A DNA stretch of 64,000 nucleotides from Sedimentisphaerales bacterium (GCA_963708075.1 OY970194.1:6368001-6432000); one strand, 5' to 3'. Numbered from the stretch's first letter, positions 1-9,959 are shown. A program made the numbers and translations. The notes: generated from the sequence alone by a model not told the origin.

Positions 1-504
1 TGGAACGAGGTGATTCCCTACATGATCGCACAGGTTATCGGTGCAGCGGTGGGGGCCTTGGTGCTGTACGTGATCGCCAGCGGCAAGGAGGGGTTCAGCC
101 TGAGCGGAGGCTTCGCCGCAAACGGTTACGGCCTGCACTCGCCCGGCGGCTATACGCTGACGGCCGCCCTTGTGACCGAGGTCGTTCTGACCTTCATGTT
201 CCTGATGATCATCCTGGGAGCGACGGATTCGCGGGCTCCGGCCGGCTTTGCGCCGATCGCCATCGGTCTGGGATTGACGCTGATCCACCTCATCGGCATC
301 CCGGTGACGAACCTGTCGGTGAACCCGGCCCGCAGCACCGGACCGGCCTTGTTCGTAGGCGGATGGGCGATTGCACAACTGTGGCTGTTCTGGCTGGCTC
401 CGCTGCTCGGGGCGTTCCTGGCCGGGCTGGCCTATCCGGCAGTTGCCGGTGAGGGCGTCACGCTCCCCGCAAAAGTTCCATCCCCGGTGCTGACTGCGGA
501 CTAG
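1..504 (+). CDS. aqpZ: Aquaporin Z (5'-truncated by window edge)
   Basis: Frame open from base 1; second NPA motif ([14 protein letters not shown]), ANGYG loop and APIAIGL typical of AqpZ. Confidence 0.95.
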   Translation, partial: WNEVIPYMIAQVIGAAVGALVLYVIASGKEGFSLSGGFAANGYGLHSPGGYTLTAALVTEVVLTFMFLMIILGATDSRAPAGFAPIAIGLGLTLIHLIGIPVTNLSVNPARSTGPALFVGGWAIAQLWLFWLAPLLGAFLAGLAYPAVAGEGVTLPAKVPSPVLTAD

Positions 505-1029
505 GCCACCCATCGACAGCGGCATGCGCTACGAACATAGTCCTGGAGGGATAACGGCCTCGGTTGATCGTCCTGATTCCTCCGACGGCGACGACTGCAG
601 CGAAGTTGACGTACCATGAATCGATTCGGCCGAAAGGACCCCTGAGAAACGCCGGAACCCTCTGCGTTTTCGGGACCGAGAACGCAGGAAGAGGTCGGCA
701 TGGGGGTTCTTCAGCCGAATCACCGGTCAAGCTCTGATCTCACAAGTGCCGAGCCGGCCTCTCACCAGTAAGGTGGGCTCCGCACGTCCAGTTCCCTCCT
801 CATGTTGCCCTCTCAATACCCTGCATCGGTAACCCTCCAACCATTTCTTGGGCCGGCGGATTCTCCCCGGATTTCCATCCACATCCACCCACTGTCAATC
901 GCCATATAAGAGGACAGAATGTGCCGTGGTCCTGTGCTCTGGCCACGTCATGCGCTGTGCGGAGAAATGAACGTGACACCGTCTCATCCTCAGCAGGCCC
1001 TGGAGGACCATTGTTGGGTATCCACCGGA

Positions 1030-1776
1030 ATGAATCGCATAACCCTTCGCAACCAGTTCGACTCTCTGGCGTCAGTCCCGGCGTCTGCAGAGCCGGCCCA
1101 GAAGCGTCATCGAGGCCAGCAATTCGAGGGACTGTTGGAGATGCTGCTTGAAGCGGACGGCTTGTCACCTCATATCCACGTCAGACCTGATGGCGAGGAG
1201 ATAGACGGGTCATTCCTGCTGAACGATCGTGCGTTCCTCCTGGAGGCGAAGTGGCACGCCGCCCCTTTGCCGGCCTCCACAATCTATCAGTTCAAGTGCA
1301 AGGTGGATGGAAAACTCGTTGGCACCCTGGGGGTGTTCATCTCCGTCTCCGGTTTCAGTACGGACGCTGTGGAGGCTCTGATCGCCGGCAAAACCATGAA
1401 CGTGGTCCTCTTCGACAGACGGGATGTCGAAGCGGCCATCGATAGACCGAATGGCTTCAGAACCGTCCTCCTTGCCAAGTTGCGGATGGCCGCTGAAGAA
1501 GGCACGGTCTATTGGCCATTCCGGTCCGTGCTCACAACTCCCAAGTCATCCGAAGTCAGGGTGGTACAAGAGGGGGGGCAAGCAGCACCACACCGCATTG
1601 TTGTCATAGAAGAGGAACACGCCGAGGACGCGATATTGGCGGACCTGATACGAAGAATCATCCGGCACAAGAGTCTTGGGAACGGCGGGCTTGATTCCGG
1701 CGGTGGGTCGCACGGGTCCACGATGTCTGTTCGGCCTGAAGGCCTCTCTCTTCCGCCATCGCCTCCGGCACAGTGA
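1030..1776 (+). CDS. Mrr_cat-like PD-(D/E)XK restriction endonuclease; C-terminus possibly truncated
   Basis: RGQQFEGLL...EEIDGSF...LLEAKW...GVFISVSGFS matches the Mrr-type catalytic core; start placed at ATG 1030. Confidence 0.75.
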   Translation: MNRITLRNQFDSLASVPASAEPAQKRHRGQQFEGLLEMLLEADGLSPHIHVRPDGEEIDGSFLLNDRAFLLEAKWHAAPLPASTIYQFKCKVDGKLVGTLGVFISVSGFSTDAVEALIAGKTMNVVLFDRRDVEAAIDRPNGFRTVLLAKLRMAAEEGTVYWPFRSVLTTPKSSEVRVVQEGGQAAPHRIVVIEEEHAEDAILADLIRRIIRHKSLGNGGLDSGGGSHGSTMSVRPEGLSLPPSPPAQ

Positions 1777-2035
1777 CGGCCAGGTCAAACCGCCGTCGTG
1801 AGGCTATTCCCTCGCTGCCCTACCCGCACGCCGAGATCGCAGGCGGGAGCCCAGGGATGTACCGTGTGACCCCTGGCCCGCCCCTGGGGGATATGCTCCG
1901 GCCCGCAGGGTGCACACGGGCCGGTTGGAGGAGAGGTTTACATTCTGCGGGGTGGCGCGTCTTTTCTTAGAGCACAATCGCCGGGCTGCTCGTCTATTGG
2001 CGATTGAACGTTCGATCGGAATCGGCTGTGTGACG

Positions 2036-2578
2036 ATGTTGACACTCGAAGATCGGCTATTGCTGAGACAACTGAACCACGGCAGCAGGCACGCCTTGCG
2101 CCGGGTCTACCTGAAGTACAGGCGCGAGCTGTTCACGATTGGCGTGGCACTCGTCGGCGACAGGGACCTGGCAGAGGACTGCCTGCAGGATGTGTTCGTC
2201 CGCCTGGCGGAGTCGGCCGGCCGGATCGGAGTGGCCGGCAATCTCAAGGCGTATCTGGCTAGTTGCATGGTCAACCGGGCCCGGGACCAGATCCGGCGCA
2301 ACGTAAGGCGGGCCGGCGGGCCGGCGGAGCATCTTGGCTGTCGGGCCTCGGTGCCGAGCCCGCCTCAGCAACTGGTAAACGATGAACGCACGGCGGCGCT
2401 GCTGCATGCGATTGGGCAACTGCCGTACGAGCAGCGGGAGGTTTTCGTGCTGCATGCCCAGGCCGGCCTGTCGTTCCGGGATATCGCAGTGACTCAGGGC
2501 GTGCCCCTGCGGACGACGCACAGCCGCTACAGGTATGCAATCCTGAAACTTCGTGAGCTTCTGCAAGAAGGGATATAG
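2036..2578 (+). CDS. ECF RNA polymerase sigma factor (copy 1)
   Basis: Region 2 (AEDCLQDVFVRL, LKAYL..NRARD) and region 4 (LPYEQREVFVL..GLSFRDIA...SRYRYA); start chosen at ATG 2036. Confidence 0.92.
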   Translation: MLTLEDRLLLRQLNHGSRHALRRVYLKYRRELFTIGVALVGDRDLAEDCLQDVFVRLAESAGRIGVAGNLKAYLASCMVNRARDQIRRNVRRAGGPAEHLGCRASVPSPPQQLVNDERTAALLHAIGQLPYEQREVFVLHAQAGLSFRDIAVTQGVPLRTTHSRYRYAILKLRELLQEGI

Positions 2579-2580
2579 CC

Positions 2581-4398
2581 ATGAAACGGGCCAAAGAGAT
2601 CGAATCGCTGGCGAAAAGGACGCAGTTCGAGCCGGATGCCTCGGCGGATCAGCGAATCCTGTCTGCGGCAGAAGCGGCATTGGACCGACGAATGGATGTT
2701 TCGCGTGCCGGCGAGGCATGCCTAACAGGGAGGATAACTATGAAGAGTACGATAGCAAAGCTGGCAATCGTCGCGGCGGTGGTCGTGGCTGCGCTGCTGG
2801 GAATTCATTTCTTCGCGGGTACCTCCGGCACAAGCTGGGCGGCCGTGCTGGAGAGAGTGAACGGCTTCGACACATGCGTCTACCGCAGCCGCGAAGTTGA
2901 AACGACAGGCCCCCGGCTCAATGGGTTTGAGTTCGCGACCGAGAATGAATCCAAGAACTACCGCTCCGAAATCTACGGAACATTCAGCGAGAACTACAAG
3001 AACGGCAAACTCTCCGTGCGGCACTACATGCTTCTCCAGGAGGGACAACATATCTCGATTGGCGGTTACGACAGCGAGCATAAGCTGTGCCTTCGCACGG
3101 CTGTGACTGACAGGAGCCTCCGGGAGTTTCACGACGGCGACCCGCGACGGATGATTGCGAAGATTCTCGCAGGCAATTACGTTGAGATTGGGGAAGACAC
3201 CATCGAGGGCCGGCGCGTCCGGGGCGTCGAACTGCGAGATCCGAACGTCCTCGCCGCTGAAGGCAAGAAGATTCCCCCGCTGGACGATTTCTCTTCGCGG
3301 TTCTGGATCGAGGTCCAGACAGGACTACCGGTGTGGATGGAACTCAGTTTTGTGCCCAAGGATTCGGCACAGCGGACCACGATGATCTGGGACCAGTTCG
3401 AGTGGGGCGTGCCTCTGGAGGCGAGCCTGTTCGAGCCGGAGATTCCGGCCGATGCTGAGGTTGTGGATGATGATGGCAAGGTACCGGATTCGACGCCTAT
3501 GACCGATGTCGCAGAAGCATTTGCGCAGCAGACCCAGGCTGAGCCGTTCCTCGGCGAGTTCGACCATCTTCCGCTGCCGGACGTGAGCGGCCTGACCCTG
3601 CTCGGTGTCGATACGAGCGCCCCGAAACCACAGGTGCGGCTGCTCGGCTCGGATGAGATTCGGGTGGCTCAGGACGCCTGCGTGGCGAAATGGCCGCCAT
3701 ACGAGCAGGTGCAGGCTCAACTGCGCCAGGAACTCCAAGCCAAACTCGACATCAACGCAAAAGATGTGGACGGGCTCATGACAACAGGGATTGCCTTGCG
3801 CAACCGGTTCTGGGAGATGGGCGGTACCCTGTCCGATGTGGCATACCCGTACATCTATGCGGCCCGGCTGGCGGACGAGATTGCCCATGAGAAGGCCCCC
3901 GACAACCCGGCGGTCACAGACCAACTGGTCGAATCGATCATAGCCTACGAAGTGATGTACTACTGGCAACTCCCGCAGACCGACGGACCCTCAAGACGAA
4001 ATCCTGTTTACCGTGGGCTGATAGCCGATCTGCGCCGGCAGCAGTACGAGCAGATCAAGACCCGTGTCGGCGAGGGCTACACGCCGACCTGGAGGGACTT
4101 CGTACGATGTTGCGATTTCGCCTATCTGTGGAGCCGGACGGACCGTGACGCGGCGCTGGAAGCGACACGCCTGCTCATCGACCTGGCCCCGAAGACCGGC
4201 TGGACCTTTTATCTCGATGATCTCAGGCGTGCAGAAGAAAGGCTTGTCGGCGGCGAGAGCTGCTACGTATCCACGTTCATTGGCGGCCATCAGGGCGTGT
4301 ACCTCGATCAATACAGTCGCCGGCTGTGGTCCTTCCAGGGACCGCAGGAGTACAGGCAGCAGCGGACAGCGACGCACCTGAAAGATCTCAAGAAGTGA
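2581..4398 (+). CDS. Putative membrane-anchored anti-sigma factor with LolA-like domain and unknown C-terminal domain (copy 1)
   Basis: 2 bp after the sigma stop; short N-terminal segment, one TM helix (LAIVAAVVVAALLGI), RFWIEVQTGLPV...LEASLFEPEIPAD resembling LolA-like domains. Confidence 0.7.
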   Translation: MKRAKEIESLAKRTQFEPDASADQRILSAAEAALDRRMDVSRAGEACLTGRITMKSTIAKLAIVAAVVVAALLGIHFFAGTSGTSWAAVLERVNGFDTCVYRSREVETTGPRLNGFEFATENESKNYRSEIYGTFSENYKNGKLSVRHYMLLQEGQHISIGGYDSEHKLCLRTAVTDRSLREFHDGDPRRMIAKILAGNYVEIGEDTIEGRRVRGVELRDPNVLAAEGKKIPPLDDFSSRFWIEVQTGLPVWMELSFVPKDSAQRTTMIWDQFEWGVPLEASLFEPEIPADAEVVDDDGKVPDSTPMTDVAEAFAQQTQAEPFLGEFDHLPLPDVSGLTLLGVDTSAPKPQVRLLGSDEIRVAQDACVAKWPPYEQVQAQLRQELQAKLDINAKDVDGLMTTGIALRNRFWEMGGTLSDVAYPYIYAARLADEIAHEKAPDNPAVTDQLVESIIAYEVMYYWQLPQTDGPSRRNPVYRGLIADLRRQQYEQIKTRVGEGYTPTWRDFVRCCDFAYLWSRTDRDAALEATRLLIDLAPKTGWTFYLDDLRRAEERLVGGESCYVSTFIGGHQGVYLDQYSRRLWSFQGPQEYRQQRTATHLKDLKK

Positions 4399-4441
4399 TG
4401 ACCTCCTTCTCGGCCTTCGGGCCGAAGGGAAACCATGCACA

Positions 4442-4473
4442 GGCCGGGCTGCCCACGCGCCCGGCCCTTTTTT
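4442..4473 (+). terminator. Rho-independent terminator
   Basis: GGCCGGGC-9nt-GCCCGGCC stem followed by C and T6, downstream of the stop at 4398. Confidence 0.75.
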
Positions 4474-4554
4474 GTTCGTGGACCTCCAAGCACAGCGGTC
4501 AGGGTGTGGTCGGAATTCGGTGGCGGCGTGTAGCCGCCGTGTGCGGACTGCGCC

Positions 4555-4766
4555 TCTTTCGTCCCTTACGGGACTGGCTTTTGTCCTCGGCCCCGGTTCC
4601 CAGCGATGAATCGCTGGGCTATTCTCTATCGCCCTGCGGGCTTGGACTTCGCTCCAGTCCTCTTGCGTCGGCCCGTCCGCCCCACGGGGGCGATCGACAC
4701 TAGCCCACCGTTTCAACGGTGGGTACGATAGTCAATCCTATCTCAAAGCCCCGTAGGGGCGAAAGA
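4555..4766. repeat. REP/REPIN-like composite palindromic element
   Basis: Hairpins GTCCCTTACGGGAC, CCCAGCGATGAATCGCTGGG and GCCCTGCGGGC are mirrored by GCCCCACGGGGGC, CCCACCGTTTCAACGGTGGG and GCCCCGTAGGGGC in inverted order. Confidence 0.75.
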
Positions 4767-4925
4767 AGACTGGGCTGCGCTCTTGTGTCGGGTGGAATCC
4801 GAATCCGCCACCGAAGGCCGACCGCACCCAGCGGTCATCTGATCCGGTTTTGAATAGACGCAAACACGTCCTTGGATTGTTATATTGGTGAAAAGACGTC
4901 TTTTCGAGATCGGACTTGCGAGCCC

Positions 4926-5456
4926 ATGGAAGACAGGTTGCTGGTATTGCGGTGCAAGCGGGGCAGCGCCGGGGCGATGACGCGGATCTATGAGAAGTAC
5001 CGCAAGGATCTGCTGATTCTGGCGATAGCCCTGCTCAACGACAAGGCGGCGGCCGAGGACATCGTGCACGATGTCTTCGTCAGCTTCGTGGAGAGTCTTG
5101 CCCAATTCCGACTCACGGGCAGTCTACGTGCGTACCTGATGACCTGCACGGCCAACCGGGCTCGCAATCACAACAAGACAAAACAAAGGCCGGATTCACC
5201 GCAGGAAGTCATCTGTGAAGAGCAACCCGTCGAGCGTCTCGTGAGCAACGAGCGGCTTGCGAGGCTGGCTGCGGCGATGGAACAACTGCCCTACGAGCAG
5301 AGAGAGATTCTGATGCTCCACTCGTACGGCGGCCTGACTCTGCGGGCCATCGCCAAAACCTCCGGACTGCCGGCGAATACGGTCATGAGCCGCTATCGCT
5401 ACGGCATCGACAAGCTGCGGCATCTGCTCAATGGAGAGTGTGACCATGAAACCTGA
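4926..5456 (+). CDS. ECF RNA polymerase sigma factor (copy 2)
   Basis: MEDRLLV..., AEDIVHDVFV, LRAYL..ANRARN, LPYEQREILML..GLTLRAIA..SRYRYG; paralogue of 2036..2578. Confidence 0.92.
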   Translation: MEDRLLVLRCKRGSAGAMTRIYEKYRKDLLILAIALLNDKAAAEDIVHDVFVSFVESLAQFRLTGSLRAYLMTCTANRARNHNKTKQRPDSPQEVICEEQPVERLVSNERLARLAAAMEQLPYEQREILMLHSYGGLTLRAIAKTSGLPANTVMSRYRYGIDKLRHLLNGECDHET

Positions 5457-7266
5457 GGATGCACTCAATCGCGTCTTTCACGAGTTGGACGTGCGCGTGG
5501 ACCCTCGCGTGGATGAGCGAATCCTGCAGGACACGTTGCACCGTCTCAAGGAATCGACAGAGACACCCCCGGCCGACTCTCGGCCGATGCGATGGAGAAC
5601 AGTCATGAAATACCCACTGGCAAAACTTGCGATCGCGGCGGCGGTCATCGTCACCTCGCTGCTTGGCATCCACTTCTTCAGCAGGACCTCCGGCACAAGC
5701 TGGGCGGCCGTGCTGGACAAGGTGAACGGCTTCGACACCTGCGTCTATCGTGTCCGCGAAGTGGAGACGACCGGACCCAGGCCCGACGGCTTCGAATTTG
5801 CGACCGAGGCGGAACACAAGCACTATCGCTCGGAGACATATGGCTGCTTCCGCGAGACCTACAAGAAGGGCAAAGCTACCGAGTGGCAGTATTTGCTCCT
5901 GCAGGAGAAGCAGCACGTCGCCATCTACAGCGAGATGTCCTTGTGTCTTCGCAGCCCCATCGATGAGAAAATCCTTCACACGTTCTACACGGAAGACCCC
6001 GCGAAGCTCGTGGCGCAGATCCTCGGCGGGTCTTACGTGGAGATCGGCAGCAATGTCATCGAGGGTAAACCGGTGCGAGGTGTCGAATTGCGCGACCCGA
6101 ATGTGCTGGCGCCCGAGGGAGAAAAAGTGCCTCCGGTGGCTGATTTTGCTCTGCGGTTCTGGATCGATGTCCGGACGGAGCTGCCGGTGTGGATGGAGAT
6201 GAGCATTGTCCTCGAGGGCTCGCAGGTGCGTCAGACGACGATCTGGGATCAATTCCAGTGGGGCGTGCCCCTGGAGGCAAGCCTGTTCAAGCCGGAGATC
6301 CCGGCTGATTACGAGGTCGTGGATCGTGACGGCACTCACAAGGCACCGGATACAACCCCCAAGACCACCGTGGAGGAAGCCTTTGCCCAACAGACCCAGG
6401 CCGAACCCTACCTGGGCGACTTTGATGCTCTGCCTCTGCCGGACGTGAGCAGCCTGTCCCTGCTTGGCACCGATCCGAAGGCTCCCAAGCCGCAGGTGCG
6501 TCTGCTCGGTGGGAAGGAGATCCAAAGGGCCCTCGACACCTGTGTTGGGAAATGGCCTCCTTACGAGCAGGCAAAGGCCCAACTGCGCGAGGAGCTCCAG
6601 AACAAGCTCAACATCGAAGCCATGGATGTGAACGGGCTTGTGACGACAGCGATCGTGCTGCGGAACCTGTTCTGGAAGCTTGGCGGGTGCCTGTCCGACA
6701 CGGCGTATCCCTACATTTATGGCGCCAGGCTCCTCGACGAAATCGCCCATGAGAAGGCCCCGGACAATCCGGCCGTCATCGACCAGCTTCTCGAATCCAT
6801 CGGGTCTTACGAAGTGCTGTACTACGCGGACGACCCGCCCCAGGACCCTGTCCGGCGAAATCCCATCTATGCGGGGGTCGTCGCCGATCTCTGCTATGAG
6901 CAGTGGGCCTTGTTGAAGGCCAGAATGAACGGGAATTACACGCCGACCTGGAAGGACTTCGTGCGCTGCAGCGATATCGCGACGGCCAGTCGCATCCGAA
7001 AGGACCCGGCCACGAACCTGGAGGTGATTCGCCTGCTGATCGAGCAGGCCCCGAAGGCCGGCTGGACCACTTACCTTGACGATCTGAAGCGCGGCGAGCA
7101 AAGGCTGCTTGCCGGTGAGGTCTACAAGGGCCCGGGGGCCTTCATGGGCGGAATCGGGGACATCAACCTGGAGCAATACGCCCGTCGCCTGTGGTCCTTC
7201 CAGGGGCCGCAGGAATACAGGGATCAGCGAACCCCGCTGCACCTGAGGCACCTCAAGGGCTGGTAG
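5446..7266 (+). CDS. Putative anti-sigma factor, LolA-like plus unknown C-terminal domain (copy 2)
   Basis: Overlaps the sigma stop; colinear with 2581..4398 (TSGTSWAAVL, VNGFDTCVYR, EIAHEKAPDNPAV, RRLWSFQGPQEYR shared). Confidence 0.7.
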   Translation: MKPEDALNRVFHELDVRVDPRVDERILQDTLHRLKESTETPPADSRPMRWRTVMKYPLAKLAIAAAVIVTSLLGIHFFSRTSGTSWAAVLDKVNGFDTCVYRVREVETTGPRPDGFEFATEAEHKHYRSETYGCFRETYKKGKATEWQYLLLQEKQHVAIYSEMSLCLRSPIDEKILHTFYTEDPAKLVAQILGGSYVEIGSNVIEGKPVRGVELRDPNVLAPEGEKVPPVADFALRFWIDVRTELPVWMEMSIVLEGSQVRQTTIWDQFQWGVPLEASLFKPEIPADYEVVDRDGTHKAPDTTPKTTVEEAFAQQTQAEPYLGDFDALPLPDVSSLSLLGTDPKAPKPQVRLLGGKEIQRALDTCVGKWPPYEQAKAQLREELQNKLNIEAMDVNGLVTTAIVLRNLFWKLGGCLSDTAYPYIYGARLLDEIAHEKAPDNPAVIDQLLESIGSYEVLYYADDPPQDPVRRNPIYAGVVADLCYEQWALLKARMNGNYTPTWKDFVRCSDIATASRIRKDPATNLEVIRLLIEQAPKAGWTTYLDDLKRGEQRLLAGEVYKGPGAFMGGIGDINLEQYARRLWSFQGPQEYRDQRTPLHLRHLKGW

Positions 7267-7298
7267 AGAACTTCCCTCCTTCAATCGGGATGAAGCAA

Positions 7299-7329
7299 AC
7301 CGGGGCGGTCTGTGCAAGGCCGCCCCGGT
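7299..7329. repeat. Hairpin repeat, copy 1 (possible terminator)
   Basis: ACCGGGGCGGTCTGTGCAAGGCCGCCCCGGT; near-identical copy at 9960..9986. Confidence 0.7.
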
Positions 7330-7435
7330 GTAGTTCCGTGGTCGCGGTGAATTCCTCAACCCCTCAACTTAGCCTCCAGATGTTGCGGCGGAACGCGGGA
7401 AAACAGGCTGATTTGCGACGGAATTGGCCTTTCGG

Positions 7436-7463
7436 GTAACGTCAAGCGAGGGTAGAACGTCTA
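7436..7463 (+). promoter_or_regulatory. Putative ECF-sigma-dependent promoter
   Basis: GTAAC-N17-CGTCTA, 52 bp upstream of the permease ATG; fits the AAC/CGT ECF consensus. Confidence 0.5.
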
Positions 7464-7515
7464 TTTAAGGAGACCACTGAATTCAGTCGGGTACGTTCAG
7501 CTTTGAGGGGATACG

Positions 7516-9912
7516 ATGGAAACGATAGGGCAGGATGTTCGGCTTGGGTTCCGGATGATTGCCAGGAATCCCGGCTTCACGGCGGTGGTGGTTCTGATCC
7601 TGGCGGTGGGAATCGGGGCGAATACGGCGGTGTTCAGCGTAGTCAACGCTGTGATCCTTCGGCCTCTGCCGTACAGGGATCCTCACAACCTCGTGACGCT
7701 CTGGCAGCAGACCAAGTACGGGGAGAGACGCCCCCATCATCAGGCCTTTCTCGCCTGGCGACAGCAGCAATCCCCGGTGTTCGAGACCCTGGCCGGATAC
7801 GGGCGTCAGCGGTTCTACGTCACCGGGATAGAGAGAGGTCGTGAGATCTGGGCGCATAGCGTGTCATCCGATCTCTTTCCACTGCTGGGTGCTGCGCCTC
7901 TGCTGGGCCGGGGATTCCTGCCGCAGGATGAACAGCCGGGGAATGAGCGGGTTGTCATTCTGAGCCACGCCTTCTGGCAGAGCGACCTGAGCGGGACGCC
8001 GGACGTGCTTGGCAGGACCGTGAATCTCGACGCCACGGGCTACACGGTCGTAGGGGTCATGCCTCCCGGCTTCAAGTGGCCCTTCACGCAACCGTCTCTG
8101 TTCTGGGTGCCTCTGACGCTTCAACGAGACGATATATGGCCGCACGGGCGCCCCGTGGCTCCCCTGGCTCGTTTGAAGAAGGGTGTGTCGCTGGAGCAGG
8201 CCCGCGCGGCGATGGCCGTGGTTGCGGATCGCATGAAGCAGGCAGACCCTGCGGCCGACGCCGAGTGGGCGATCGGTGTCGATCGGCTTTCGAACAAGGT
8301 CCTGGCCGGAGATCGCAAGATGCTGCTGCTGCTACTGCTCGGTGCGGCAGCGTTTGTGCTGCTGATCGCGGCCAGCAATGTCGCCAACCTGTTCCTGGCG
8401 CGTGCTACGATGCGACAGCGAGAGATCGTGATGCGTGTCGCCCTGGGGGCCTCGCGGGGCCGCGTCGTGCGGCAGATGCTGACCGAGAGCCTGGTTTTGA
8501 GCCTGGGAGCGGGCTTGCTGGCTCTTTTGGTGACATTCGTGACGATCAAGGGATTGGTGCATCTGTGTCCCGCCGATATCCCGCGGTTAAAGGAGGCGGG
8601 GGTGGATCTATCGGTTCTGGCCTTCACGCTGGGAACATCCGTGCTGACGGGGCTGCTGTTTGGCGTGATGCCCGCCTGGCGTGCCTCCGATATTCGCATG
8701 GGCCAAGCTCTCAAAGAAGGATGGGGAAGATCCGGGACCGGGCGCGGATGGCGGCGTGTGCACAGCGGGCTGGTCGTCTCACAAATCGGACTGTCTCTGA
8801 TTCTGCTCGTTGGGGCGGCCCTGCTGGTTCGCAGTCTGATCGCCCTTCAAAGGCTGGACTTGGGTTTTCGGCCTGAGCACGTGCTGGCTGTCGAGATGCG
8901 ACTGCCGACGGCGAAGTATCCCGAGATGGAGCACTGCACCGCCTTTTACGATGAGTTGCTGTCGCGCGTCCGGGTCCTTCCGGATGTACAGTCTGCGGCG
9001 TTAGTCATGACCGCCCTTCAATTGGGAGCTCTCGACATGGACCTTCCCTTCTCCGTTGCAGGTCGCCCGCTCGCCAATCCGGAGGAGCCGCCCGTGGCAA
9101 AATGGACCAGCGTCAACCCTGCCTTCTTCGAGACCATGGGCATCCGGCTGCTGCGCGGCCGCATGCTTACCGACGAGGATGGGAGCGACGTGGTACTCGT
9201 AGATGAATACCTGGCTCGCAAGTACCTCCCCGATATCGATCCCATCGGGCAGAAGCTCACTCATGACACGTGGGTCGTCATGACTATCGTGGGAGTGGTG
9301 GGCACGACCAGAGACCTTCAGACGACAGATCCATCCAATGGCTCGATCTACATGCGGCTTCGCGAGAGCCTTCAAGGAATGGTTCTGGTCGTGCGGACGG
9401 GCGGCGATCCCATGCGATTGGCCGGCGCGCTTCGTGCCCAGGTCGCCGCATTGGAGAAAGACGATGTTATTGTGAAGCTGGAATCCATGGAGACGACGCT
9501 CTCCGGAATGCTCTCGCCCCGGCGGTTCAGCATGATCCTGTTGACCCTCTTTGCAGGCATCGCCCTCATCGTGGCGACCATCGGTATCTACGGCCTGCTG
9601 CAATACAGCACGACGCAGCAGACCCGCGATATCGGCATACGCATGGCGCTGGGCGCCCGGAAGAGCGATATCTTGCGGGCGATCCTGGGGCGGGGGCTCT
9701 TGCTCGCCGGCATCGGGGTGGTCGCCGGCCTGGCCGGGGCATCGGCCCTGACGCGGGTCCTTTCCAGCCTGTTGTATGACGTGACACCGACCGACCCGCC
9801 GACACTCGCATGCATGTCGCTCCTGTTGATCGGCATCGCCTTGGCGGCCAGCTATATCCCCGCCCATCGGGCGGCGAAGATCGACCCTCTGATCGCACTG
9901 AGGTACGAATAG
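7516..9912 (+). CDS. Duplicated MacB/FtsX-type ABC permease (ADOP-like), no ATPase nearby
   Basis: QDVRLGFRMIARNPGFTAVVVLILAVGIGANTAVFSVVNAV start, two FtsX-like halves (RVALGASRGR; IGIRMALGA), terminal IDPLIALRYE. Confidence 0.92.
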   Translation: METIGQDVRLGFRMIARNPGFTAVVVLILAVGIGANTAVFSVVNAVILRPLPYRDPHNLVTLWQQTKYGERRPHHQAFLAWRQQQSPVFETLAGYGRQRFYVTGIERGREIWAHSVSSDLFPLLGAAPLLGRGFLPQDEQPGNERVVILSHAFWQSDLSGTPDVLGRTVNLDATGYTVVGVMPPGFKWPFTQPSLFWVPLTLQRDDIWPHGRPVAPLARLKKGVSLEQARAAMAVVADRMKQADPAADAEWAIGVDRLSNKVLAGDRKMLLLLLLGAAAFVLLIAASNVANLFLARATMRQREIVMRVALGASRGRVVRQMLTESLVLSLGAGLLALLVTFVTIKGLVHLCPADIPRLKEAGVDLSVLAFTLGTSVLTGLLFGVMPAWRASDIRMGQALKEGWGRSGTGRGWRRVHSGLVVSQIGLSLILLVGAALLVRSLIALQRLDLGFRPEHVLAVEMRLPTAKYPEMEHCTAFYDELLSRVRVLPDVQSAALVMTALQLGALDMDLPFSVAGRPLANPEEPPVAKWTSVNPAFFETMGIRLLRGRMLTDEDGSDVVLVDEYLARKYLPDIDPIGQKLTHDTWVVMTIVGVVGTTRDLQTTDPSNGSIYMRLRESLQGMVLVVRTGGDPMRLAGALRAQVAALEKDDVIVKLESMETTLSGMLSPRRFSMILLTLFAGIALIVATIGIYGLLQYSTTQQTRDIGIRMALGARKSDILRAILGRGLLLAGIGVVAGLAGASALTRVLSSLLYDVTPTDPPTLACMSLLLIGIALAASYIPAHRAAKIDPLIALRYE

Positions 9913-9959
9913 GTGAGTGACGCAAACCTTCCGACGCTGCAATCTGGGCAAAAGCGAAG

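Noticed and set aside
2581..7266. Diversity-generating retroelement template/variable repeat between the paralogues
   Set aside because: Divergence is spread across the genes and not adenine-specific, and no reverse transcriptase is present
5428..7359. 643-aa minus-strand ORF (similarly 10872..12620+, 12478..13680+, 17988..19592-, 43963..45657+, 58892..60850+)
   Set aside because: Antisense shadows of well-supported genes in GC-rich DNA, with no recognisable motifs
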